Positions 12,483 to 23,073 of a stretch of 58,581 nt of DNA are shown piece after piece. The translations under genes were made by a program, and so were the position numbers. A model generated the notes under the pieces. That model saw only the letters and a list, made by a program, of their open reading frames with translations. It was not told where the DNA came from and made no database searches. Origin of the DNA: a virus (lineage: Duplodnaviria; Caudoviricetes); IMG/VR virus record IMGVR_UViG_3300046170_000288, positions 1-58,581 of that record; one strand, given 5' to 3'. How positions within the stretch are numbered: position 1 is the stretch's first letter; each line of letters opens with the position of its first letter.

Positions 12483-12779
12483 CTATGCTCCTGTCAGTGC
12501 TTTTATCTCAGCGTCGGTTAATCCTAAATCTTTAAGTTTTTGTTTGCCAGATGCTTTATTATTTTCGCGCGTTGCATCAGCGTCTTTAATTTCTTGTATT
12601 TTTGCATTAACATCAGCTTCGCTTGGCATAGTAGCACCATCTTTAACAATTTTAACGTATTGATATTGCATACGTTGATCGTTAGGAATTTTATTTCCAT
12701 CATTATCATGCGTTTTCCAAGCATACCAATTACCACCATTGAAAGTTTGTAAGGCTGCTTGTAAATAATCTTTAATCAT
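12483..12779 (-). CDS. Putative tail-fibre chaperone/accessory protein (paralog A)
   Basis: 98-aa ORF ending KASGKQKLKDLGLTDAEIKAL, directly after a fibre-like gene. Confidence 0.55.
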   Translation of the reverse strand: MIKDYLQAALQTFNGGNWYAWKTHDNDGNKIPNDQRMQYQYVKIVKDGATMPSEADVNAKIQEIKDADATRENNKASGKQKLKDLGLTDAEIKALTGA

Positions 12780-13357
12780 TATGCACTATCTCCTAATCTT
12801 TTAAAAACAAAGTAAGTGTAATTAACATTTGTGTTTCCTTGATAATCTCCACCCCCAGCACCTGATGCTTTAGCCTGAACTCTATAAGTTGAAGCATCTG
12901 ATACATTTAATAATGAAGTTGCACCGACTGCAATTGATTTACCACTTGCACTACCAGAATCCCAATTACCATTAAGATAACTAAAAGCTCCACCACTATT
13001 GGTTGAATACTCTATATAAAAACCATTATAATTATAACTACCATCTACACTTATATTTGTCCAAAATTCTATTTCCCATATTCCTGTAGCAGGAAAAGTA
13101 AAAACTCCAGAACTTTCTGTCATTCCTGTTCCTTGTTTTATATTTTGACTATTATTATCTTGTCTTTCCCAACTTCCATTAAGAACACCACCACTAGCAT
13201 TGTCAACACTTGCTGTCATTCTCCAACTATCAAAATCTGTTACTCCATTAGCAAATCCAGATGTTATAGCTGTACCACCATTAGCCACGGGCAATGTTCC
13301 TGTAACATTGTTTGCTAAATTTAATGATTGATTTGGTCCTAGTCTAGTTATCGCCAT
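12779..13357 (-). CDS. Putative tail-fibre/receptor-binding module
   Basis: 192-aa ORF with VTGTLPVANGGT stalk motif and a beta-sandwich head (SSGVFTFPATGIW). Confidence 0.55.
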   Translation of the reverse strand: MAITRLGPNQSLNLANNVTGTLPVANGGTAITSGFANGVTDFDSWRMTASVDNASGGVLNGSWERQDNNSQNIKQGTGMTESSGVFTFPATGIWEIEFWTNISVDGSYNYNGFYIEYSTNSGGAFSYLNGNWDSGSASGKSIAVGATSLLNVSDASTYRVQAKASGAGGGDYQGNTNVNYTYFVFKRLGDSA

Positions 13358-13358
13358 A

Positions 13359-13656
13359 TTATGCTCCTATCAACGCTTTAATTTCTGCGTCGTCCAATCC
13401 TAAATCTTTTAGCTTCTGTTTACCAGATGCTTTTTTGTCTATTGCTGCTTGTTCAGCATCTTTTAATTCTTGTATCTTTGCATTTACTTCTGCTTCAGTT
13501 GGCATAGTTAGCACCATCTTTAATAATTTTAATGTGTTGGTATTGCATTCTTTCAGAGTTAGGAATTTCATTTCCATTGTCATCATGAGTTTTCCAACCA
13601 TACCAATTACCACCATTAAATGTGTGTAATGCGTCTTGAAAATAATCTCTATCCAT
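13359..13656 (-). CDS. Putative tail-fibre chaperone/accessory protein (paralog B); frameshifted
   Basis: True start MDRDYFQDALHTFNGGNWYGW at 13656; extra base near 13510; closely similar to 12483-12779. Confidence 0.55.
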
Positions 13657-13657
13657 T

Positions 13658-14287
13658 TTATGTATCTCCTAATCTTATAAAAGTTGCACCAGTTCTTGTT
13701 TTAGCAGTTTCTCCTTCAGCTTGAACACCATTGTTTGCAGCAACAATTGCAAATCTAATTTTATGAGTTGAAGTATTGGTTACATCAAACATAAAATTTA
13801 AAGTACAATTAGTATATTGATTAGCTTGTGAACTATTAAATCCAATTGCAGCTTCACTATAATTAGAATTATCTGTAGTTGATGTTATTACACCACCTAT
13901 ATAACTATTAGCTTGGTTTCCACCAAAACTATTTAAAACAAATTCAATTAGCCAAATTCCAGTTGATGGAAAAGTAAATATACCAGAAGATTGTGTCATT
14001 ACATTTCCTATTCTTCCATATCCATCAGTATCTACTTCTTCCCAATTATTAGTTATATGATCTCCACTATCCATTGAAGTTTGACTTGCTGATATTCTCC
14101 ATTGTTGAGCATTTGTAATTCCATCAATACCAAAACCTGTTGCAGTTCCAGAATTTGCAATCGTTGCACCAGATGGAATACTGATTGTATCACCAGATGC
14201 ACCGATAGTAATAGTATCAGCACTCTCGTTGATAATGTTATTGCCTGATGTATCTTGTATCGTGTCTACTTTTAAAATTGCTGTCAT
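13658..14287 (-). CDS. Putative tail-fibre/receptor-binding module
   Basis: 209-aa ORF with LKVDTI...TIANSGTATGFG N-terminus; head paralogous to 12779-13357. Confidence 0.55.
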   Translation of the reverse strand: MTAILKVDTIQDTSGNNIINESADTITIGASGDTISIPSGATIANSGTATGFGIDGITNAQQWRISASQTSMDSGDHITNNWEEVDTDGYGRIGNVMTQSSGIFTFPSTGIWLIEFVLNSFGGNQANSYIGGVITSTTDNSNYSEAAIGFNSSQANQYTNCTLNFMFDVTNTSTHKIRFAIVAANNGVQAEGETAKTRTGATFIRLGDT

Positions 14288-14862
14288 TATACTCCTATTA
14301 ATCTATATGCACTAAAATTAGTTTTTGCGTCTACAGTTCCAACAACATAAATATTACCACTTGCTGTTTCTCCATATACATAAATCTCTATATAATCTGC
14401 TACAGCTAAATCTAAAATACTTACAACTGTATTTCTTATACGATAACCATTATTGTTTTGATGTGAGTGACTTCCTTCAACAATTTTTGAACCATTTTTA
14501 TAAATATATGTTTCAAAATTATTCATGTTAGAAGTTCCAGCAATAGATTGACCTTCTGCTTGTGCAGTTACTACATATTTTCCAGCACCTCCACTAGGCA
14601 CAGTAAATTTATTTGTAGAAGTATCATACACACTATCACTATCAAAAAATTCTGTATTAAAAGTAGCTTTAGTTGCAGAACTTGGAGATATAGTATTTAA
14701 CCCATTTGAATAAACAAAAAAAGCTGGAGTATTTTTCATGGTACTATTTAAAGTAATAGATCCATTAGCCATATCAACCGTCTCCCCAGACTGACCAAGA
14801 GTAATCGTCCCTGATCCAGAGCTCGTTGTTATTGTTCCTACTTTTAAAGTTCCGTCTGCCAT
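14287..14862 (-). CDS. Putative tail-fibre module with C1q-like head
   Basis: 191 aa; NTPAF...FNTEFFDSD...KFTVP.G.AGKY...L.L...DYIEIY pattern typical of C1q-like trimeric domains. Confidence 0.55.
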   Translation of the reverse strand: MADGTLKVGTITTSSGSGTITLGQSGETVDMANGSITLNSTMKNTPAFFVYSNGLNTISPSSATKATFNTEFFDSDSVYDTSTNKFTVPSGGAGKYVVTAQAEGQSIAGTSNMNNFETYIYKNGSKIVEGSHSHQNNNGYRIRNTVVSILDLAVADYIEIYVYGETASGNIYVVGTVDAKTNFSAYRLIGV

Positions 14863-14869
14863 GATTTTC

Positions 14870-15445
14870 CTATTCTATAATTTTGTATCCTTGAAAAACA
14901 TTGTTAACAGCATTTGCTTGATAAGTACCACCAGCAGTATTATATATATAAACATATGCTTCTAAATAATCTGATACAGATAAATTTAAAACTCCACTTA
15001 CAATAAATCCAACTGGACTTCCAGCGTCAAGTAAATTACTATTAAAAGCAAGTCTTGTTTGCATACTAGATAATGCAGAGCCATTTTTATATACATAACC
15101 CCTCATCACTCTTATGTCATTTGAACCTTCCATAAATGCTTGAAAAGTAATAGCATATTTTCCTGCCTTACCTGATGGAACTGTAAATTTATTTGATGCA
15201 AAAGCACTATCACTATCAAAAACTTCTGTATCAAATGTAAGTTTTGTAAGAGTTCCGTTTGATAAAGATTGATTACTAGTATTTGAAACTTTAAAATTTG
15301 GAGTGTTAGTTCCACCAAAACCTGTAGCTGTTCCAGAGTTTGCGATTGTAACTCCTGATGGAATTGCTATCGTATCTCCACTTGTACCTAGCGTTAGCGT
15401 AGTACCTGTAGATGGATCAACTTGATTTGTTTCTAATTTACTCAT
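14870..15445 (-). CDS. Putative tail-fibre module with C1q-like head
   Basis: 191 aa; N-terminus shared with 13658-14287, head shared with 14287-14862. Confidence 0.55.
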   Translation of the reverse strand: MSKLETNQVDPSTGTTLTLGTSGDTIAIPSGVTIANSGTATGFGGTNTPNFKVSNTSNQSLSNGTLTKLTFDTEVFDSDSAFASNKFTVPSGKAGKYAITFQAFMEGSNDIRVMRGYVYKNGSALSSMQTRLAFNSNLLDAGSPVGFIVSGVLNLSVSDYLEAYVYIYNTAGGTYQANAVNNVFQGYKIIE

Positions 15446-15900
15446 TATAAAATTACAAATGTACTCCCTGATGGTATTGTAATTGTGCCTGAAACTGTAA
15501 CGGGTCCAACCAAGGCTCCGTTTGTAGATCCAGCCATTGATATACTACTCCATGTTTGTGAATTTTTCACGAAAAAAGTTGTAGCTAAAGAACCTGCAGT
15601 CACCGTCGCGTCTGTCGGTGTTCCAATATCAAAAGTATTACCAAGAACAGTACCGAAAAAAGTATCTGACGACGCTGGGTTTGAACTGAAAGTTATTTGA
15701 GAACCAGAGATTGTGTATGCAGCTGGATCCTGAATAACACCTGAAATAGATATAATACAGCTTTGCTCGTTTCCTGGAAGCACAGCGGTCCCACCAACCG
15801 TTAAGTTAAACGGTCCTGCAGTTGATCCAGTGAATGACCCTGCTATGTCATCCAAAATTTGATACGCTCCTGTTTGGGGAGCTTTTCCAACGTAAGCCAT
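15445..15900 (-). CDS. Putative tail-fibre proximal protein
   Basis: 151 aa; MAYVGKAP...GVIQDP..Y...GS.ITF and C-terminal GPVTVSGTITIPSGS. Confidence 0.55.
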   Translation of the reverse strand: MAYVGKAPQTGAYQILDDIAGSFTGSTAGPFNLTVGGTAVLPGNEQSCIISISGVIQDPAAYTISGSQITFSSNPASSDTFFGTVLGNTFDIGTPTDATVTAGSLATTFFVKNSQTWSSISMAGSTNGALVGPVTVSGTITIPSGSTFVIL

Positions 15901-15913
15901 ATGTTTTTATCCT

Positions 15914-16264
15914 TTACTCTGTAGGGATCGGGTTTGCAGTCTTAACAGCTTCTACATGGTCTTTCCATGTAGTAGTACCGTCAACATTGTCGTGGTACTG
16001 CATGTCTAACTGTGAACCTAGATCACCGTAGGCGTTTTTTCTTGTAGCTCTTACCGCAGCTTGTCTTTCAGACAAGTCAGCAGCAGAATCTACAGCGTTC
16101 AGTTGCTCATCAGTTGGTTGCGCTACACCTGAAACATTCCATTCCTTGATGTAAGGGCCCGAACCGTTTGAGTCATCCTGAAGCAAAACGTCAGTTATAA
16201 AGTCAATATCTGCTACGCCGTTATTAGCGCAATATTGTTTGACCTTGCTTGATAGTGATGCCAT
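15914..16264 (-). CDS. XkdW-like tail-fibre accessory protein
   Basis: 116 aa; LQDDSNG.GPYIKEWN...PT.EQL and R..AY....QLDM.YHD...W...VK...P motifs. Confidence 0.55.
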   Translation of the reverse strand: MASLSSKVKQYCANNGVADIDFITDVLLQDDSNGSGPYIKEWNVSGVAQPTDEQLNAVDSAADLSERQAAVRATRKNAYGDLGSQLDMQYHDNVDGTTTWKDHVEAVKTANPIPTE

Positions 16265-16295
16265 AGTTTGTTCTCCTTATTTTATTGTTTATACA

Positions 16296-16475
16296 TTATT
16301 CCGGTGGATTATCAATAACTGTTCCACCATCTGCTATCCATTCTTGAATTGCTTGGTAATCTGTGTTTGCTTCGTCTAGTGGTACAAAAACTACTTTATT
16401 ATCTGTATAAGTTACTTTGTAATTTTCAAAATTATTTGAAAATATACTATATCTTTTTTCTACTGTATTAATCAT
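16296..16475 (-). CDS. Small tail-fibre assembly chaperone-like protein; not in ORF track
   Basis: Manual translation, 59 aa, ending VPLDEANTDYQAIQEWIADGGTVIDNPPE. Confidence 0.6.
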   Translation of the reverse strand: MINTVEKRYSIFSNNFENYKVTYTDNKVVFVPLDEANTDYQAIQEWIADGGTVIDNPPE

Positions 16476-16477
16476 AA

Positions 16478-17550
16478 TTATAACTCCGCATCAAATGAAA
16501 ATGGTGTATCTATTCCATTAAACCAAGTTTCATAAGAATTTCCTCCATCAACTCTTAATCCACAACCAGTTTTTGTTATATCAACTATTGCAAATGTAAC
16601 AGAAGTACTACCACCCTGATCATTGCCATGAGCATAAACTGTTGAAGAACCATAATCTTACAGTTGGATTTGCTCTCATTTCTTGTAATATAAAATCCAT
16701 ATAATTATGCTATTATATTCACTTGTAACAAAATTAATTGAGTTATGCTAATTCATATAATATCTTTGACATCTTGTAAATTCACATCAACAGGCAAGAA
16801 CTCAAAATCAGATGCAGTTGTTCCAGCTTCTAATTGTACTCCTGTAATATACCAATTCGTTTGATGTGCTATCTGCAAGATTGACTTGACCTACTGCTCT
16901 GTTTGCTGTTGTATTAGATCCAAGAAGTTTGTAAAGTACCAGATGTATAATTACTTCCAGCACCTAACCAAAAATATAATTTAAACTATCTGCATTATCA
17001 TTATCAAATGCACCAGTAGTATCTCCAGCAAAAGTAATAGTTTTCTTTTCCCAAGTATCAGCAGATGAAATTGTATAAGATTTGAAATTTGTCTTATTAT
17101 CATATCATATAATTCAACAATGTAAGTTCCAGTTTTTGTTGATTTAATCCAAAAAGATAAAGTTGTGCTTTCTGCACTTGAAGTACCTTTTTTTAAATAT
17201 TGTAACTGTTGACCTTCCATTTTATAATTTATTTGAAGAACATCATTAGAACCAGGAGAACCATCAGCAGTTGTGCAATCCATTTTTAAAGATTTAGCAA
17301 AACCTTGACCTGTTGGAACATCTGTGTCTTGTGATTGTGTCCAAGTTCCAAGAGTTGTAATACCTAAATTAAATCTATCGACTGTATAATACCCACTAGT
17401 AGTAATAGAAGCAGTTGAAGTTCCTCTTTGAGCAATGCTCATATCTCCATTGATGATGATGTTTCTAAACGGATTAGCATTAAAAGATAGCTTTGCGTCT
17501 GTTACCGAGCTGTCCGTTAATGCTGCTGTTGTTACTTTATCTATTGCCAT
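16478..17550 (-). CDS. Tail fibre protein with carbohydrate-binding-like domain; several frameshifts
   Basis: RNIIINGDMSIAQRG, ITGVQLEAG, CQRYY and terminal DAEL motifs, lying in different frames. Confidence 0.65.
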
Positions 17551-17561
17551 AATTTATATTC

Positions 17562-18480
17562 CTATTCTATAATTTTAAATCCTGAAAATCACTAAAAGTT
17601 GTACCACCTAGTAAAGTTCTTGATGATCCACTGTCTTGATAAGCTGAAACTTACTAACATCTGAAGCTGATAAATTTAAATTAGCATTTATTATAAAACA
17701 TGTGTCAGTACTTTATGTTGCATTTGCATACCAGCATAATCACTACCATTTACAACAAAATAACCAACTATTCTGCAAGTAAAACTACCTGAAAGTAAAT
17801 ATTTAAATGTACATATTATATTTGCCACCTTGACCTGATGGAACTGTAAAAGAGTAATCAGAAGTATTAAAAGCACCTGCAGTATCCCATCTTTCAGAAT
17901 TCATTGGTACTGTAAATGTAGTAGTATTAGCTAGACTTACATTACTACCAACATAAGCATGAAAGTTAGGAGTATTAGTTCCACCAACACCAGATACAAA
18001 GTTTGCTCTAGTCATTTTTTTCAATGCACCAGATGCTGATGTGTCTGATAATAAAATTAAATCATCTGTAGCGATAGAAGTTTCTGCTGTTTGTCCTGTA
18101 ATTACAGTTGGATCAAGTTGTTCATCACTAATTGCATCGTCAGCGATTTTAGCATTTGTAATTGCATCGGCAGCTAATTGTGCAGTGCCCACGGATCCTG
18201 CAGGAGCATTTACTGTTCCTACTGCTCTACCTAAAAATACACAATACATTTCGTCTGTACCATTAACCAACGCCGCTGACAGTGTTAAGGTCGTGCCCGA
18301 TGCAGTATAAGCTTTACCTGATCCTGGCTCTTGGACAATGTTGTTTACAACAAGTCTGATATCATTTTCGTTAGTTACGGAATGTGATAGCGTGTACGCA
18401 GTTTGAGAATTGACAATAGTAAATACTTGTCTTTCAAAGCTTATATATTTTTCCGCTGGTGCGTTTCCTAAATAGGCCAT
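17562..18480 (-). CDS. Putative tail-fibre protein with C1q-like head; frameshifted
   Basis: MAYLGNAP start, GGTNTPNF junction, true end GFKIIE stop at 17562. Confidence 0.55.
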
Positions 18481-18488
18481 GATTATTC

Positions 18489-18821
18489 CTAAGTACTTAT
18501 ATCATCTACTGCGCCTACTACTGTATCTAAAGATGACGCCGTATCTGATTTGACATACAGTTGATCTCCAGAAGCAAGAACAATTTTACTTCCTCCGTCT
18601 ATCAGTTCAAGTGATCCGCCACTTACAATCGGTGCATTTTTAATTAAATGGTAATTAGTACCACCTCTTTCGATATAAGCTTCTACTGTTATTGTTGTTG
18701 TTAAAATATTTGCCATTCTTACGCTAATTAAACAGTCAATACTGTTAGTAGCGCCACCTAAAGCATCTACTGCTGAAGTTCCTGTTGCAGATGTTATATA
18801 GTTTTTAAAATTTTGTGCCAT
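18489..18821 (-). CDS. Putative small structural protein
   Basis: 110-aa ORF (GGSLELIDGGSKIVL). Confidence 0.55.
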   Translation of the reverse strand: MAQNFKNYITSATGTSAVDALGGATNSIDCLISVRMANILTTTITVEAYIERGGTNYHLIKNAPIVSGGSLELIDGGSKIVLASGDQLYVKSDTASSLDTVVGAVDDIST

Positions 18822-18833
18822 AATTTCCTTATA

Positions 18834-19830
18834 CTAGAGTGCGATCGACATTGCAATCACAAATCCGTTAGTTGCTCCTCCTGATCCACTAGATGCTGCA
18901 GTAACTCTACCTTTTGCATCTACGGTGATTGATGAATTTGTATAGCTAGCTGCTGATACCCCAGAGTTAGCTAGTGTTAATGCTCCGCCAGATGCAATTG
19001 TTGCATCACCTGACATTGCAGATTCTTGATAACTTGTACCATCTCCTACAAGTATTTTACCTGATGTTACATCAGGCATTATTAATTGAGATCCTACAGT
19101 TAAATTTCCATTTACATAATTAGATATAGTATTTGCAAAGTTACCCATTAATGAGTGACTTGAACATTGATAATATAAAATATTTGGTGTGTTAGCATCT
19201 ACTGCTATTTGTGTATACGCACCAGATGATCCAGGCTGTACCATTAGTAGTTACTCCTGTAGTATAAGCCGTAGATTTATCTGCTTCTAAATAAAATCTT
19301 AAAGGGTGACCACTGTTTGTAGAATCTGATTGATCAAATCTATAGTAATATTTGTATGATGAATCTGCACCTGAAAATGTAATTGCAGGTGATTCTAATC
19401 CATCAAAGAAATATGCACTTGAAGATCCTTGACCTGAATATGGATGTGCTGTTGTTTTAGTACCAACTTTAACTGTAATTATTTTTGGCGCTGATGAAGA
19501 ACCATACTCTTCTGGTTTAGGTAAACTAATCTTTGCACCAGGCACTGTACAGAATACTTCTGTTGCACCTGCAAAGTTTACAAGAGCATCACTATTAGAA
19601 CTGGAGATAACATTAGTTCTAGCAAGTGTACTTGCTCCGCCATTTAAAGTTCCAAAACCAACTTCAAAGTTATTTGTTCCTGTTTCAAAGATACAGTAAT
19701 AAGTAGTGTTGCCTCCACCGATACCAGCAGAAAAAGATTCAAAACCTGAAACTGCTCCACCTAGTGTAAACGTTCCTGTTCCAGTAGTTGCACTGGATTC
19801 TTTTACCCTATCATTTAATTTAAACGCCAT
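18834..19830 (-). CDS. Putative tail fibre/baseplate-like protein; frameshift near 19235
   Basis: DRVKE.S.TTGTG N-terminus, FDQSDS.NSGHP...LYYQCSSH domain, AMSIAL C-terminus, split over two ORFs. Confidence 0.6.
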
Positions 19831-19838
19831 TTAAAATC

Positions 19839-20264
19839 CTACGATGTTAAACTGATAATTGCATTACTAGCAGTAGAAGGATCAGGAAACGAAATAGTGA
19901 AGTCACCATTCGTTGCTGTCTTACTTCCCTGAAAATCTAAAACTACACACAACTTATCACCTTGGTCGTCATTATATATCGCTGCAAAAGCTGCAGTGAA
20001 AGTTGCGCTTGACCACGTTACATCTGCAAAGTCTACAGATGTAGTAGCAGTTGTAGCTACAACAGCTTGACTACCTAAAGTTTTTCTAACATAGTTTGAA
20101 CTACCTGCTGAAGAAACTTCATTAGTAGTTAAAGCAACTGTGCTAGATGTTGTGTAAGGATTAGATGTGTACAATGCTATTTTAAAAGCGTCTCCGCCAT
20201 TCGCAAAATTATGCGTTCCTGACATCAATTCACCTTTAAAAGAAAACGGTACTACGTTTGCCAT
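19839..20264 (-). CDS. Putative structural protein
   Basis: 141 aa; SFK.EL..G.HNF...FKIALYT...DF.D.TW pattern. Confidence 0.55.
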   Translation of the reverse strand: MANVVPFSFKGELMSGTHNFANGGDAFKIALYTSNPYTTSSTVALTTNEVSSAGSSNYVRKTLGSQAVVATTATTSVDFADVTWSSATFTAAFAAIYNDDQGDKLCVVLDFQGSKTATNGDFTISFPDPSTASNAIISLTS

Positions 20265-20275
20265 ATTTTATCTCC

Positions 20276-20974
20276 TTAGTATTTTGATGGTGATTCAGAT
20301 TTTAAAGGAGTACGAATAGTACCATCTTGCCATTCGTCTCTACGTCTACGACCTTGTTGTTCGATCGCATACGATTGTAAAGCTCTTTTAAAAGATGCCT
20401 CGTAGTATTGTAACATATCTGCAGGACCTTTCAAGTATCCATATGCTTCTACCAGACAAGCGTATAAAAGTAAATCTTGATATTTATTACTTGTATAAGT
20501 TCCATTAGTAGCTGCTGGAGCTGCTGTAGGTTGTGTAGTATTAGTAATACTAATTGGTTGTTTAGTATAAGCTAAAGTAATTTCAAAAGTAGCATTTGGT
20601 GTAGGTGCTACTACCCAATATTCTGCGTCCCAATTACCATAATATTTTGGAATTCCAGAAGCAGTTCCTGGAGTATTATAATATTCAGCCATAAAACTAG
20701 TGTCTCTTTTATCTAAAAATACTTGATTTCCAGAACTATCTTTTAATTGAACATATCTAATAAATCTTAAATCAGATGGAATTGTTACATATCTATTTCC
20801 AGAAACTAAGTTAGATGTAGCATAAAATCTATTGTCATCAGAATCTGCATCTCTGTAAATTTTATTTTCTGCATTTTTAATTACAGTTGTTAGAATAGTA
20901 TTAGATAAAACAGAGTCATCTACTTCTGTATAATTTCTAATATCATCTTGTAAATTTGCTAATGTATATGCCAT
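20276..20974 (-). CDS. Putative head-tail adaptor/tail tubular protein
   Basis: 232 aa; I..AE.KI.R, G.PKYY, APTP, LLYACL.EA motifs. Confidence 0.6.
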   Translation of the reverse strand: MAYTLANLQDDIRNYTEVDDSVLSNTILTTVIKNAENKIYRDADSDDNRFYATSNLVSGNRYVTIPSDLRFIRYVQLKDSSGNQVFLDKRDTSFMAEYYNTPGTASGIPKYYGNWDAEYWVVAPTPNATFEITLAYTKQPISITNTTQPTAAPAATNGTYTSNKYQDLLLYACLVEAYGYLKGPADMLQYYEASFKRALQSYAIEQQGRRRRDEWQDGTIRTPLKSESPSKY

Positions 20975-21471
20975 TATGGTGTTAGAGTAACTGGTCCTGC
21001 AGTTACAAACATTCCTCCTGATTTTTCCGTTACAGTTGCATTACTTCCACAATCAAAGCTATAACTATTTGTATCAATAACTGTTATACTAAATCCTGAA
21101 CTATTTTCAAATAAAGAATAAACCAGGCCTCCGGGGCTTCCATTTACATTTCTAAATACAACAGTATCACTTGTTGATCTACCATGTGCAGGTTCTGTTA
21201 CAGTTACTGTAGAAGATCCTGAAGTTAAACTTAAAGGATTTCCAGGTAATAAATTTTCTGTAGCAGGTTCAGTTCTATCTGGTCTTGCATTTGATAATCC
21301 TTGAGGATCACCTGTAAATCTTGTTGGTTGAATCTGTGGTTGTTTAGCTTCAAATTCTGAATTATGTACAAAACTTCCATCCCATTCAGTTACCATTTCA
21401 TTATAAGGAAATGCCATACCTGATCTATCGGATATTGCTTGTGCATATTTTCCTCTAGATAATTTTGCCAT
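20974..21471 (-). CDS. Putative structural protein
   Basis: 165 aa; GK.A.AISDRSG..FPY and VTVT...HG repeat. Confidence 0.55.
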   Translation of the reverse strand: MAKLSRGKYAQAISDRSGMAFPYNEMVTEWDGSFVHNSEFEAKQPQIQPTRFTGDPQGLSNARPDRTEPATENLLPGNPLSLTSGSSTVTVTEPAHGRSTSDTVVFRNVNGSPGGLVYSLFENSSGFSITVIDTNSYSFDCGSNATVTEKSGGMFVTAGPVTLTP

Positions 21472-22200
21472 TATACGCTCGGGTAATAAGTTTTAGGTGT
21501 AATAAATGAACTTGATGAAGAACCGTCTTCTTGTAAAGCTCTTTGTAATTCATCTTCATATAACATTTTTAATGATTGAATTTTTTCTGGTGAATATTTA
21601 ACTGCTAAATAATATGCAAGTCCAGCTACCATACAAGGTACAAATCTATAAGGTACATCTGCATCATTAGTATAGTCTCCGGCATCTTGTATTCTTTTTA
21701 CATAATAGTAATTAAAAAACTTACCAGCTTGATCAGTTCCTGGAGTTAAATATAAAGTAACAGTTATTTTATCAATAAATCTTTGAACAAAATATTGAGT
21801 AGGTTGACCTGTAGAAGTTTTATTAGATAATGCTTGATAAGTTGATCTATTTATTTTTGTAAGAGGTGTATCTACATTAGAAGAATTTCTAAAACTTGCT
21901 TCTAAAATATCATCAACACCATAAACTGCTGTTGCACTAGATGTACCATCAGCTGTTGATCTAAACATTGTATATGTCTGCTTGATCATGAACTAATGTA
22001 ATTGAGTTGTTTGCAACTTCCCAATAATGCAAACCTCTATTAGACCATTCTTGAAACATTATATTTAAAGAACGTCTTGCGCCTTTTAATTGATATCCTG
22101 AAACACCTTGTATTCCAATTCTTTCATAAGCTTCTTCTACAATATCTGCAATAGAAAAACCTTTTTCAAAAACTGTAGTTCCAGAGGTTGTGTTAGCCAT
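21471..22200 (-). CDS. Putative head-tail adaptor; frameshift near 21978
   Basis: ORFs 21961-22200 and 21471-21989 join (EEAYER.G...ARRSLN...W.NRGL; VPYRF.P.MVAGLAY). Confidence 0.6.
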
Positions 22201-22208
22201 TTAGCCTC

Positions 22209-22499
22209 CTAGCCAGTATATCCGATAGTAACAGATCCTGTTCCAGTTACGTCTGCATAGATAGTATTTTGAAATCTAATACCATTTCCAGGCATATACA
22301 TATCTAATCCTTCGCTTCCAAAAGTAGATTCAAATACAATAGCTCCAGATGCAGTTGCTGCATCATAAAGTTTTATATTTGTAACTCCTGTAGCTTGAAT
22401 GTATGTAACTCTAGCAGGACCAATATTAGTAGATCCTCCTGAAGCAGTTTTTACCTGTCCGTCAGCTGTAAGTGTTGTAAATTTTTGGTCTGATGACAT
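22209..22499 (-). CDS. Putative small structural protein
   Basis: Likely start MSSDQKF at 22499 after an AGGAG Shine-Dalgarno. Confidence 0.55.
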   Translation of the reverse strand: MSSDQKFTTLTADGQVKTASGGSTNIGPARVTYIQATGVTNIKLYDAATASGAIVFESTFGSEGLDMYMPGNGIRFQNTIYADVTGTGSVTIGYTG

Positions 22500-22522
22500 A
22501 TTGTTTTCTCCTATTAAATTTA

Positions 22523-22542
22523 TGTGGACCCGAAGGTCCACA
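22523..22542 (-). terminator. 8-bp hairpin with UUCG tetraloop (terminator or processing signal)
   Basis: TGTGGACC-TTCG-GGTCCACA on the minus strand just after the 22555 stop; U-tract is weak. Confidence 0.55.
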
Positions 22543-22554
22543 CTAAATTAATTA

Positions 22555-22959
22555 TTATGCTATTGTTGCACCTTGAACTGAAGTTGCAATCCAACCAATA
22601 GTACTATTCCAAACTAAAGTAGCCGATTCAGCTACTGCATCGAACGTAATATTAGTTCCATTTGCAAAAGTAGTTGGAGTTAAAGTTCCATCTCCACCGT
22701 CAACAATCATATTAACGATTTTAATTTGACCTGAAGTTGTACCATCAGCTAAAGTTAATGCATTAGCTCCAGTAGTAGTTAACTCAGTTACTAAGTTAGT
22801 TAAATCAACTGCACCAGCACCAGATAAAGATTGAACTCCACCTGTAATAGATGCTCCGTAAGTGGCACTAACTGTAACAGCACCTGTAGTTGCGTTTTTT
22901 GTTATTTGTTCAAAACCGTTTTCCGATCGTACCGGTCCTGAAAATGTAGTATTTGCCAT
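22555..22959 (-). CDS. Putative capsid decoration/fibre protein
   Basis: 134 aa, MANTTFSGPVRSENGF start, strong AGGAGG. Confidence 0.55.
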   Translation of the reverse strand: MANTTFSGPVRSENGFEQITKNATTGAVTVSATYGASITGGVQSLSGAGAVDLTNLVTELTTTGANALTLADGTTSGQIKIVNMIVDGGDGTLTPTTFANGTNITFDAVAESATLVWNSTIGWIATSVQGATIA

Positions 22960-22967
22960 ATTATTAT

Positions 22968-23040
22968 CCTCCTAGTTTCCGAACATAGTCTCTAGGCCGT
23001 CGACTATACGCGTCTATGTTCTAATTATATTGTATAGTGA
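22968..23040 (-). ncRNA. Pseudoknotted cis-regulatory RNA; possibly the Mu-gpT-DE motif
   Basis: Three interleaved stems, the last overlapping the Shine-Dalgarno; lies downstream of a Mu gpT-like capsid gene. Confidence 0.55.
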
Positions 23041-23044
23041 GTTT

Positions 23045-23073
23045 TTTATATACTAGTTTTGAGTAGAGTGCAA
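23045..23073 (-). promoter_or_regulatory. Sigma70-type promoter
   Basis: TTGCAC-N17-TATAAA on the minus strand. Confidence 0.55.

Noticed and set aside
12483-18480. Diversity-generating retroelement or invertase shufflon in the fibre array
   Set aside because: No reverse transcriptase or site-specific recombinase, all cassettes co-oriented, and paralog differences are not adenine-specific.
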